NCBI GenBank assembly: GCA_963770895.1
Contig: CAVYRF010000002.1
Coordinates: forward strand, 992,001-1,056,000
Reading direction: 5' to 3'
DNA from: an uncultured Acidobacteriota bacterium
Lineage (GTDB): Bacteria > Acidobacteriota > Thermoanaerobaculia > Multivoradales > UBA5704
Length of the DNA stretch: 64,000 nucleotides
Within the stretch, counting starts at the first letter, position 1. Each line of letters begins with the position of its first letter. This document shows, piece by piece, positions 1-11,811 of this stretch. Below the pieces are notes generated by a model. That model was given only the letters and a program-made list of their open reading frames with translations. It was not told the DNA's origin and did no database searches. The position numbers and the translations under genes were made by a program.

Positions 1-1
1 G

Positions 2-970
2 GTGTCGATCGACTCGCAGGGACGCATCCTGACCTGCAACGAGGCGGCCCTGCGGCTGCTGCGGCAGCGCGAAGACGAGGTGGTCGGCAGGCCGGTCGAA
101 GAGGCCTGGTCGGACGGCGAGCGGCGCAAGCTGGCGGCGCTCGCCGCCACGCCGCGGCCGGCCGCCAGCCAGGAGGTGCACCTGTTCCTGGGCGGCGAAT
201 GGACCACCTTCGACGCCACGGTGACCGCCCTGGAAGGGGCCGCCGGCACGCCGCGCGGCCGCGTGCTGGTGCTGGAAGACCTGACCGAGCTGATCAAGGC
301 GCAGCAGCTGGCGGCGTGGAGCGAGGCGGCGAGGCGCATCGCGCACGAGATCAAGAACCCGCTCACCCCCATCCGCCTGGCCGCCGAACGCATGCTCAAG
401 AAACACCGCCAGGGCGACCCCGGCCTGGCGCAGGCGCTGGAGGGCGGCGTGGAAATCATCGTCCGCGAGGTCGACACGCTGCAGGGGATGGTCGACGAGT
501 TCTCGCGCTACGCCCGCATGCCGCGGCCGCGGCCGTCGCGGGTCGACCTGCCGCGGCTGCTCGACGAGACGGTGCACCTCTACCAGAACCTCAAGCCGGG
601 CGTCGCCGTCGAGGCCGACCCCCAGGGCGACCTGGCGGCCATCTGGATCGACGGCGAGCAGATCAAGCGCGCCCTCATCAACCTGCTCGACAACGCCGTC
701 GAGGCGACCGAGGCTCCCGGCCGCATCACCGTCGCGGCGCGCGCCGCGGACGGCCGGCTGGTCATCCGCGTCGCCGACACCGGCCGCGGCATCCCGCCGG
801 CGGCCAAGGAGAAGCTGTTCCTGCCCTACTTCTCGACCAAGGGGCGCGGCACCGGCCTGGGGCTGGCCATCGTCCACCGCATCGTCTCCGACCATCACGG
901 CGTCATCCGGGTCGAAGACAACCCGCCGCACGGCACGGTTTTCATCCTGGATCTGCCCAGCCAGTCCTGA
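2..970 (+). CDS. NtrY-like PAS sensor histidine kinase (5' truncated by window edge)
   Basis: PAS segment; H-box AWSEAARRIAHEIKNPLTPI; N-box NLLDNA; G boxes DTGRGI and GTGLGL. Confidence 0.9.
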   Translation: MSIDSQGRILTCNEAALRLLRQREDEVVGRPVEEAWSDGERRKLAALAATPRPAASQEVHLFLGGEWTTFDATVTALEGAAGTPRGRVLVLEDLTELIKAQQLAAWSEAARRIAHEIKNPLTPIRLAAERMLKKHRQGDPGLAQALEGGVEIIVREVDTLQGMVDEFSRYARMPRPRPSRVDLPRLLDETVHLYQNLKPGVAVEADPQGDLAAIWIDGEQIKRALINLLDNAVEATEAPGRITVAARAADGRLVIRVADTGRGIPPAAKEKLFLPYFSTKGRGTGLGLAIVHRIVSDHHGVIRVEDNPPHGTVFILDLPSQS

Positions 971-1091
971 TCCGCCGGCGCTGCGCCGGCCCGCCGGACG
1001 CGGCAGGCCGGCCGCACATGGGTTAAAATACCCGGCGATCCCTCAAACTCGGCACGGCGGAAGTCGCGGTCCGCGGTGGAGCACGTCGGGA

Positions 1092-3158
<2,067 letters not shown>

Positions 3159-3274
3159 TTTCCAGCGGGGCCATCCGGGATGTCTGGCAGTGTCCCGGCG
3201 TGGGGGGCGGCGGCTGGCCGGCCGACCGGCGGGCGCCGGCCGGGCACGGCCTGCCGTCGGGGCGAGGTTTGCGC

Positions 3275-3445
3275 TCAGCAGACCGGCAGGCAGCTGGCGT
3301 GCGGATAGGTGACCGTACAGTTGGGCGTGCAGCTGGTGGCGGGGCCGCTGATCACGCCGGCGGCGACGTCCTTGAGCTGCATCGGCGCCAGGTGGCGAAG
3401 GGTTTCGCGGTTGAGGGTGATGCGCTGCACCTTGTTGTTTTTCAT
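3275..3445 (-). CDS. RiPP/lanthipeptide-like precursor, 56 aa (MKNNKVQRITLNRETLRHLAPMQLKDVAAG-VISGPATSCTPNCTVTYPHASCLPVC)
   Basis: Hand translation; ATG at 3445 with AAGGGG SD-like motif upstream; TGA at 3275-3277; LNRETL leader, AG cleavage-like site, core with 4 Cys and 7 Ser/Thr. Confidence 0.8.
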   Translation of the reverse strand: MKNNKVQRITLNRETLRHLAPMQLKDVAAGVISGPATSCTPNCTVTYPHASCLPVC

Positions 3446-3518
3446 GGCATGCCCCTTTTCGGTGAAGATTCATTCCTGAATAGGAACATCACTATATTCC
3501 AGGCGCACGCGGCGGCGC

Positions 3519-3524
3519 TAGAAT
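3519..3524 (+). promoter_or_regulatory. -10 hexamer TAGAAT, 6 nt before the GTG at 3531 (leaderless-type promoter)
   Basis: TAGAAT-gacgcc-GTG with no SD. Confidence 0.5.
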
Positions 3525-3530
3525 GACGCC

Positions 3531-5086
<1,556 letters not shown>

Positions 5087-5090
<4 letters not shown>

Positions 5091-5563
5091 CCACCCAACC
5101 CGACGCCACTCCGCAGCAGCGCATCGAAGGCGACCTCAAGCAGTCCCTCAAGGCCGGCGACAAGGCCCGCCTGAGCACCCTGCGGCTGCTGCTGACCGAC
5201 ATCAAGAACGAGCGCATCCGGCGCGGCGGCGAAGTGGACCAGGCAGGCTTCGTGGCGCTCGTACGCAAGGCCATCAAGCAGCGCGAAGACGCGGCGGAGC
5301 AGTACCGCGCCGGCAACCGCCAGGAGCTGGCAGCCAAGGAAGAGGCCGAAAAGGAAATCCTGGCCAGCTACCTGCCGGCTGCCGCCAGCGAAGCGGACGT
5401 GCGCGCGGCGATCGCCGCCCTGATCGCCGAGCGCGGCCTGGCCGGACCGGCCGCCATCGGCCCGATCATGAAGGAGATGCTGGCGCGCTTCGGCACCAGC
5501 GCCGACGGCGCGACGATCAATCGCCTCGCCCGCGAGCTGCTCGCCGCCGGCGCCGCGCGCTGA
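5087..5563 (+). CDS. GatB/YqeY domain protein
   Basis: DLKQSLKAGDK..LSTLRLL; KQREDAAEQYRAGNRQELAAKEEAE..IL..YLP; ATGA overlap with the upstream stop; TATAAT at 5075-5080. Confidence 0.88.
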
Positions 5564-5572
5564 GCTGCCGGC

Positions 5573-7720
5573 GTGGCCCCTTCCAAGGACCCTGCCCGTC
5601 CCCTTGCCGGCAACGGCGCCAACGGCGCCGGCGCGGCCGGCGCCGAAGGTGCCGCCGATCCCGCGGGCGGCGGCCCACCCAGCCTGCCGCACGCCCTGAT
5701 CGGCACCGCGGGCCACATCGATCACGGCAAGACCCGGCTGCTGCTGGCGCTCACCGGCATCGACTGCGACCGCTGGGCGGACGAAAAGGCGCGCGGCATC
5801 ACCATCGACCTCGGCTTCGCGCACCTGGCCGAAGCGGGGGTGCAGCTCGGTTTCGTCGACGTCCCCGGCCACGAGCGGTTCCTGCACAACGCCCTGGCGG
5901 GGCTCGGCGGCATCCGGGTGATGCTGCTGGTGGTGGCCGCCGACGAAGGGGTCAAGCCGCAGACCCGCGAGCACCTGGCCATCTGCTCGCTGCTCGGCAT
6001 TCCGGCGGCGGTGGTGGCGCTGACCAAGGCCGACCTGGCCAGCGCCGACCTGCTGGAGCTGGCGCAGCTGGAGATCGAAGACCTGCTGGCCGCCACCCCC
6101 TTTGCCGGCGCGCCGGTGCTGCCGGTGTCCAGCCTGACCGGGCAGGGCATCGCGGAGCTCAAGTCCGTGCTGCTGGCCGCGGCGGCGCGCCACGCGGTGG
6201 CCGCCGACCCGCGGCTGCCGGCGCGCCTGCCGATCGACCGCGCCTTCCACCTGCGCGGCCTGGGCGTGGTGGTGACCGGCACGCTGGCCGGCGGCGCGGT
6301 GCGCGTCGGCGACAGCCTGGAGCTGCTGCCGCCCGAAGCGGGGGTCGACGGCGCCGTACGGGTGCGCGCCATCCAGGTCCACGGCCAGGCGCGCCAGGAG
6401 GCTCTCGGTGGCGAGCGCACCTCGCTGCAGTTGAGCGGCGCGCCGCTCGAAGCCCTGCGGCGCGGCCAGCAGCTGGGCACCGTGGGCGCCTTCGCCGCCA
6501 CCACCAGCCTGCTGGCGCGCGTGCAGCTGCTGCCGGGGGCGGCGCCGCCTGGCGGCGGCGGCTTCATGCCGGTGCGGGTCCACCTGCATACCGGCCAGGC
6601 GCTGGGGCGGATGCGCTTTCTGCGTGCGCCGGCCAGCCCGGCGCACAGGGCAGCGGCAACGGCCGGGCCGGAGGCTACGACAGGGCCGGCGGCGACGGCG
6701 GGAACGGCGGCGGCGGAAGCGGCAGCAGCCGAAGCCGGCCAGGCACTGGCCGAGATCCGCCTGCAGACACCGCTGGCCGCGGTGCGCGGCGACCGGCTGA
6801 TCCTGCGCCGGCCGTCGCCCGCCGCGACGCTGGGGGGCGGCGAAGTGCTCGACCCGCGCTGGCGCCGCCACCGCGGCGCGGCGCTCGCCATCGCCCTGCC
6901 CGCCCTCGGCGGCGACGTCGATCGGGCGCTGGCGTTCTGGGCGCTGGAGGCCGGCGAAGGCGGGCTGGACGCGGACGCGGCCGGGCGCCGGCTGGGCGTG
7001 CCGCCGGCGCGGGCCGCGGCGCGCCTGGCCGCGCTGGCCAAGGGCGCCCGGCTGATCGAAGTGGCGGAGGGGCCGGGCCACGGCCGGGTGTGGATCGCTC
7101 CCGCCGCGGTGCAGCGCGTCGTCGAGCGCGCCCGGCGGGTGCTGGCGGACTACTTCGCGCGCCAGCGCCTGGCCGACGGCTGCCCCAAGGCGGAAGCGGT
7201 GCGGCGGATCCTGCGCGGCCGCGCCGCCGACCTGGCGCCGGTCTACCTGGCGTGGCTCGCGGCGCAGAAGGTGCTGGTGGTAAGCGGCGACCAGGTGACG
7301 CTGCCGGGGCGCAGCGCCCAGCTCACCGGCGACGAATCCAAGCTGGCGGCGGCGGCGCTGGCGGAGTTCGAACGCGGCGGCCTGACGCCCCCCTCGCCGG
7401 GCGAGGTGCGCCAGCTGCTCGCCGCCAAGCCGCAGATTCTGGAAGGCGTGCTGCACCACCTGGTGACCCGCGGCAAGCTCCTGCGCCTGCCGGGGGGGCT
7501 GATCGTCGCCGCCAGCGCCATCGCGGAGCTGCGGCGCGAGCTGCTCGCCACCGGATGGGAGCGCTTTTCGGTGCCGCAGTTCAAGGAGCGCTTCAACTTC
7601 AGCCGCAAATGGGCCATCCCGTTGCTGGAGCACCTGGACAGCGCCGGGATCACCCAACGCGCCGGCGACGAGCGCCTGGTGCTCAGGACGCCGCAGCCGG
7701 CGGCAGCGCCGGATCGCTAG
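5573..7720 (+). CDS. selB: Selenocysteine-specific elongation factor
   Basis: IGTAGHIDHGKT, EKARGITIDLGF, DVPGHERF; C-terminal winged helix SRKWAIPLLEHLD. Confidence 0.93.
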   Translation: MAPSKDPARPLAGNGANGAGAAGAEGAADPAGGGPPSLPHALIGTAGHIDHGKTRLLLALTGIDCDRWADEKARGITIDLGFAHLAEAGVQLGFVDVPGHERFLHNALAGLGGIRVMLLVVAADEGVKPQTREHLAICSLLGIPAAVVALTKADLASADLLELAQLEIEDLLAATPFAGAPVLPVSSLTGQGIAELKSVLLAAAARHAVAADPRLPARLPIDRAFHLRGLGVVVTGTLAGGAVRVGDSLELLPPEAGVDGAVRVRAIQVHGQARQEALGGERTSLQLSGAPLEALRRGQQLGTVGAFAATTSLLARVQLLPGAAPPGGGGFMPVRVHLHTGQALGRMRFLRAPASPAHRAAATAGPEATTGPAATAGTAAAEAAAAEAGQALAEIRLQTPLAAVRGDRLILRRPSPAATLGGGEVLDPRWRRHRGAALAIALPALGGDVDRALAFWALEAGEGGLDADAAGRRLGVPPARAAARLAALAKGARLIEVAEGPGHGRVWIAPAAVQRVVERARRVLADYFARQRLADGCPKAEAVRRILRGRAADLAPVYLAWLAAQKVLVVSGDQVTLPGRSAQLTGDESKLAAAALAEFERGGLTPPSPGEVRQLLAAKPQILEGVLHHLVTRGKLLRLPGGLIVAASAIAELRRELLATGWERFSVPQFKERFNFSRKWAIPLLEHLDSAGITQRAGDERLVLRTPQPAAAPDR

Positions 7721-7747
7721 TAAGGACTATTAGATCGAGAGGGACCC

Positions 7748-8122
7748 ATGAAGACCATCGCCGTGCTCGGCGCCTCCGCCGACCGCAGCAAGTTCGGCAA
7801 CAAGTGCGTGCGCGCCTACCTTGCCACCGGCTGGCAGGTCTACCCGGTGAATCCTGCCGGGCACGACATCGAAGGCTTGCCGGTCTGCCACGACCTGTCC
7901 GCGGTGCCGCAGCCGCTCGACCGCGTCAGCGTCTACCTGGCGCCGCCGCTCACCCTCGCCCTGCTGCCGGCGATCGCCGCCTGCGGGGCGCGCGAGGTCT
8001 GGTTCAACCCCGGCGCGGCGGACGGCGCCGTGCTGGCCGAAGCGCGGCGCCTGGGAATCCCCAGCCGCCCCGGATGCAGCATCGTCGACATCGGCCGCAG
8101 CCCGTCCGAGTTCCCCGGCTGA
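7748..8122 (+). CDS. CoA-binding protein (YccU-like)
   Basis: KTIAVLGAS..RSKFG, VYPVNP, VWFNPG; GAGGG SD. Confidence 0.88.
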   Translation: MKTIAVLGASADRSKFGNKCVRAYLATGWQVYPVNPAGHDIEGLPVCHDLSAVPQPLDRVSVYLAPPLTLALLPAIAACGAREVWFNPGAADGAVLAEARRLGIPSRPGCSIVDIGRSPSEFPG

Positions 8123-8247
8123 ACAAAATAGAACGGCAAACGTATACAGGCGTAGACTCCGGCTGGATGGCGTCGTAGCGTCAGGCCTGACTCCGCGGGG
8201 GCGGGGCGCCCAATGCCAGGCCGTGGTCCCTTCGGGAGGACGACCAG

Positions 8248-11200
8248 ATGTTTGCGGTGCTCGTGCACCCGGCGCTCTACCAGCGTTTGCGGCGGGGCTC
8301 GCCGGCCTTGCGCTCGCGGGTGCACAAGACGCTGCTGCGGCTGCGCGACGGCCGCTGGGGAGGCGGCACGCGGGTCAAGCGGCTGCGCGGCGCCTCCCAC
8401 GCCGTCTACGAAGCGCGCACCGACGGCGGCGACCGCATGCTCTTCACCATGGCGCGCCTCGCCGCCGGCGGCGGCGACCCGGCGGGCGGCGACGCTCTCC
8501 ATTTGCAGATCTGGGACCTGGTGGAACACGACGACGTCGACCGCGCCGCCCGGCGCACCCGCTCGCCCGAGGCCGGGTTCCTGGCCCTGGCCGCGCTCGA
8601 AGAGTTCGAGATCAGCGAGCCGCCGCCCTATCCCGACGCTCCCTTCAGCGCCTGGAGCGGCGCGGGCGACCAGGACCCGCTGCTGCGCTTCCTGCTGCCC
8701 GACGCCGACCCCGCGGCGGCGGCCGGCCCCGCCGGCGACTCCGCAGCCGACGCCCGGCTTGCCGCGGCCGCCGGCGGAAGCGGGACCGGGGCGGCGCCGC
8801 GCAACGTCCGCTGGTTCCAGCTCGACGCGGCCTGGCTGGCGGGCGAAGCGCAGTTCCAGCAGCTGCTCGACCGCGCCGGCGACCAGCTGGAGCTGAAGCT
8901 GGACGCCGAGCAGCTCCGCATCCTGCGGGCGCCGGGCCCGCTGCTGCTCGCCGGCAGCGCCGGCAGCGGCAAGACCACCCTGGCCGTGCACCGTCTGGCC
9001 GCTGCCGCCCTGGCGCCCGGCGACGGCCGCGCGCTGTACGTCTCGTGCAGTCCGGCCCTGGTCGAGCGCGCCCGCCGGCTCTACGACGACCTGACGGCGC
9101 TGCGCGGTGGCGACGCGGCAGCGTTGCGCGATGGCGACGCGGCGGCGCGGCGCCCCGACTTCTTCACTTTCGACGACCTGTACGCCACCGTGGTGGGGCG
9201 CGACTTCGAGCGCCACCGCTCCCGCCTGATGAGCGAAGCGGCCTTCGAAGAGTGGTTCCGCCGCGCCGGCCGGCCGCTCGATCCGGCGCTGGTGTGGCAG
9301 GAGGTGCGCAGCATCCTCAAAGGCGCCTGCCTGGCCCCCGGCAAGAGCGCCATGCTCGACCGCGACCAGTACTTTGAGCTGGGCCGCAAGCGCGCGCCGC
9401 TCTTTGTCGACCTGCGCCCGCAGATCTACCGCATCGCCGAGCGCTACCAGCAGTGGCTCGCCGAAGAAGACCGCCTGGACTCGATCGATCTCTGCCGCCT
9501 GGCCCTGGGCGAGCTGCGACGGCGCCGCGGCGGACCCTACGACGTGGTGATCTGCGACGAGGTGCAGGACCTGACGGAACTGGAAGTCGGTTTCGTGATC
9601 GCTCTGTCGGCCCGCACCGACCTGGCCGGCGTGATGCTGGCCGGCGACGCCCAGCAGGTCCTGAACCCCAGCGGCTTCCGCTGGGCCGAGGTCCGCCGCC
9701 TGGCCGCGCGCCACGCCCGCCAGCAGGCGCCGCCCGCCGTCCTGCACCTGCGCGACCCCGCCCGCTCCACCGCGCCCCTGTGCGCCTTCGCCAGCGCCCT
9801 GTCCACCCTGCGCCGCGACGTCTTCGGCCGCGGCGACGGCGAGCAAGGCGAAGACGAGCTGCCCGCCACCGCCCCCGGCCCCTTCCCGGTCCAGATCTTC
9901 GGCGATGAGGCGGCCGTCGTGGCATCGATCGTCGCGGTCGCCACCCCCGGCGCCAACGACGCGGGCCACGAGCGCGGCTTGGATCGCGGGAACCCAGCGC
10001 ATTGCGGGTACGACGCCGACGACGCCGGCGGTTGCGCCGTGCTGGTGGCGGATGCCGTCACCGCCCAGGCGCTGCGCGAGCGTCTGCCCGGATGCGCCGT
10101 GCTGACGGTGGCCCAGGCCAAGGGGCTGGAGTTCGACACCGTGGTGATGTGGCGGCTGCTGGCGGCGGACGCCGACCTGGTGGAGCGCCACCTGCGCGGC
10201 GAAGCGCGCGGCGAGCGGGAGGCGCGCTTTGCGCGGCTGCTGCGCTGGCTCTACGTCGCCGCAACGCGCGCCCGGCGCTGCCTGGCGGTCTACGAGGGCC
10301 AGGCGCCGCACCCCTTCTGGGGCCGCGCGCCGCTGGCCGCCGCGCTCGACCCTCTGCCGGCGCAGCACCTGCCGCGCGTCTTCCGCGCCGCCGCCGATCC
10401 GGAGGAGTGGGAGCGCCAGGGCGACTTTTTCGCCGCCCAGGACCTGCCGCGCCAGGCCGCCGAGTGCTACCGCCGCGCCGGCCTGGTGGAGCGCGAAACC
10501 GCAACCCTGGCGCAAGCCGACGAGGCGCGCCAGGATTGGGCGGCGGCGCTCGCCCGCTGGCAGGCGCTGGGCGGCACGGCACCGGCCCGCGAAGCGCCGC
10601 TGCTCGCGCGCCTGGGCCGCTTCGCCGCCGCCGCCGAGCGCTACCGCGCCGCCGGCCAGCGCGCCGCGGCGCTACGCTGCGACCTCCTGCTGCTGGAAAG
10701 CCGCGGCGCCTGGACCGACGCCGCCCGCGGCTGGGAAGACCTGGGCGACGACACGCGCGCCGCCCGCTGCTGGGCCGCCGCCGGCCAACGACGCGCCGCG
10801 ACCGCCGCCACCCTGCGCACCGCCGAAGCCGCCGGCGACTGGCCCACCGCCGCCGCCGGCTGGCTCGACCTCGGCGAGCACGACCGCGCCGCCCGCGCCT
10901 TCACCGCCGCCGCCGACCCCCGCGGCGCCGCCCACGCCGCGGCCCTGGCGCACCGCGAAGCCGGACGCTGGCCCGCCGCCGCCGCCGCCTTCCGCCTGTG
11001 CGGCCGCCGCCAGGACGCGCACCACTGCCTTGCCCAAGCCTTCGAAGCCGCCGGCCGCCCCCGCCAGGCAGCCCGCCACTGGCTGCACCTGGGCGACCCC
11101 GCCAGCCATCGCCGCGCCGTCGATCGCCTGGTCGAAGCCGGCGCCTGGCTCGACGTCGCCCGCCTGGAGCCCGCCGCACCGCCCCCCGCAACCGAATCCG

Positions 11201-11811
11201 CCGGCGCCAAGCCCGGCAGCCGCGTCCTGACCCACATCGAGCAGCTGGTGGCTGACCGGACAAGCGAGCGGGAGGATGGCAACGCTGCCGTCCTGCTGGC
11301 CACACGGAGGGAGGCTCTGACGCCGCTGCTGCCGGAGGTGCCTTGGTTTCTGGCGGGCGCGGAGGAGCGGCGGGCGCGGGCGGAGTTGCAAGCGGTCGAG
11401 CAGCTCGAGCTGCGCCGGCGCGCCATCGCGGCGGAACGGGCGGGGGCTTGGAGCCGCGCCAGCCGGTGCTGGCGGCGGGCGGGCGACCTGCGGCGGGCTG
11501 ACGGCGCGCGCGACCGGCGGATCGCCGGACTTGCCGATCCGCTGCGCCAGGTGCGGGCCTGGTGGCTGACGGGCGACCCTGCCAGCCGCCGGCGTGCCGC
11601 GGCGTTGGCCGCCGGCGCCGCGGCGCGCGGGCCGCTGCTGACTGTCGCCGTCGCGGCGCTGGCTGCTGAAGGTGAGGGCCGCTGGCAGACGGCCGCGGAG
11701 CTGTGGGCGCGGATCGCGCGGCGCGGCGACGTGATGCGCTGCATGGCCCGGGTGGCCGCATTCCGTGACGAGGCGCTGCCGCCGGCCCACGGCGGCAGGA
11801 GGCGGTCCTGA
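8248..11811 (+). CDS. UvrD/Rep (SF1) helicase with putative N-terminal RelE/ParE-like domain and C-terminal TPR-like solenoid
   Basis: GSAGSGKT, DEVQD, AGDAQQ, TVAQAKGLEFD, LYVAATRAR; N-terminal VYEAR..GDRMLF..IWDLVEHDDV; repeated W..AA..(W/Y/F) helices. Confidence 0.82.
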   Translation: MFAVLVHPALYQRLRRGSPALRSRVHKTLLRLRDGRWGGGTRVKRLRGASHAVYEARTDGGDRMLFTMARLAAGGGDPAGGDALHLQIWDLVEHDDVDRAARRTRSPEAGFLALAALEEFEISEPPPYPDAPFSAWSGAGDQDPLLRFLLPDADPAAAAGPAGDSAADARLAAAAGGSGTGAAPRNVRWFQLDAAWLAGEAQFQQLLDRAGDQLELKLDAEQLRILRAPGPLLLAGSAGSGKTTLAVHRLAAAALAPGDGRALYVSCSPALVERARRLYDDLTALRGGDAAALRDGDAAARRPDFFTFDDLYATVVGRDFERHRSRLMSEAAFEEWFRRAGRPLDPALVWQEVRSILKGACLAPGKSAMLDRDQYFELGRKRAPLFVDLRPQIYRIAERYQQWLAEEDRLDSIDLCRLALGELRRRRGGPYDVVICDEVQDLTELEVGFVIALSARTDLAGVMLAGDAQQVLNPSGFRWAEVRRLAARHARQQAPPAVLHLRDPARSTAPLCAFASALSTLRRDVFGRGDGEQGEDELPATAPGPFPVQIFGDEAAVVASIVAVATPGANDAGHERGLDRGNPAHCGYDADDAGGCAVLVADAVTAQALRERLPGCAVLTVAQAKGLEFDTVVMWRLLAADADLVERHLRGEARGEREARFARLLRWLYVAATRARRCLAVYEGQAPHPFWGRAPLAAALDPLPAQHLPRVFRAAADPEEWERQGDFFAAQDLPRQAAECYRRAGLVERETATLAQADEARQDWAAALARWQALGGTAPAREAPLLARLGRFAAAAERYRAAGQRAAALRCDLLLLESRGAWTDAARGWEDLGDDTRAARCWAAAGQRRAATAATLRTAEAAGDWPTAAAGWLDLGEHDRAARAFTAAADPRGAAHAAALAHREAGRWPAAAAAFRLCGRRQDAHHCLAQAFEAAGRPRQAARHWLHLGDPASHRRAVDRLVEAGAWLDVARLEPAAPPPATESAGAKPGSRVLTHIEQLVADRTSEREDGNAAVLLATRREALTPLLPEVPWFLAGAEERRARAELQAVEQLELRRRAIAAERAGAWSRASRCWRRAGDLRRADGARDRRIAGLADPLRQVRAWWLTGDPASRRRAAALAAGAAARGPLLTVAVAALAAEGEGRWQTAAELWARIARRGDVMRCMARVAAFRDEALPPAHGGRRRS

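Noticed and set aside
5573-8122. Selenoprotein, tRNA-Sec or SECIS near selB
   Set aside because: No selA, selD or tRNA-Sec recognised, and no gene with an in-frame TGA at a catalytic Cys position.
8121-8145. LexA-like GAAC repeat upstream of the helicase
   Set aside because: Spacing is GAAC-N6-GAAC rather than N7, and the alternative half-site (GTAT) is imperfect.
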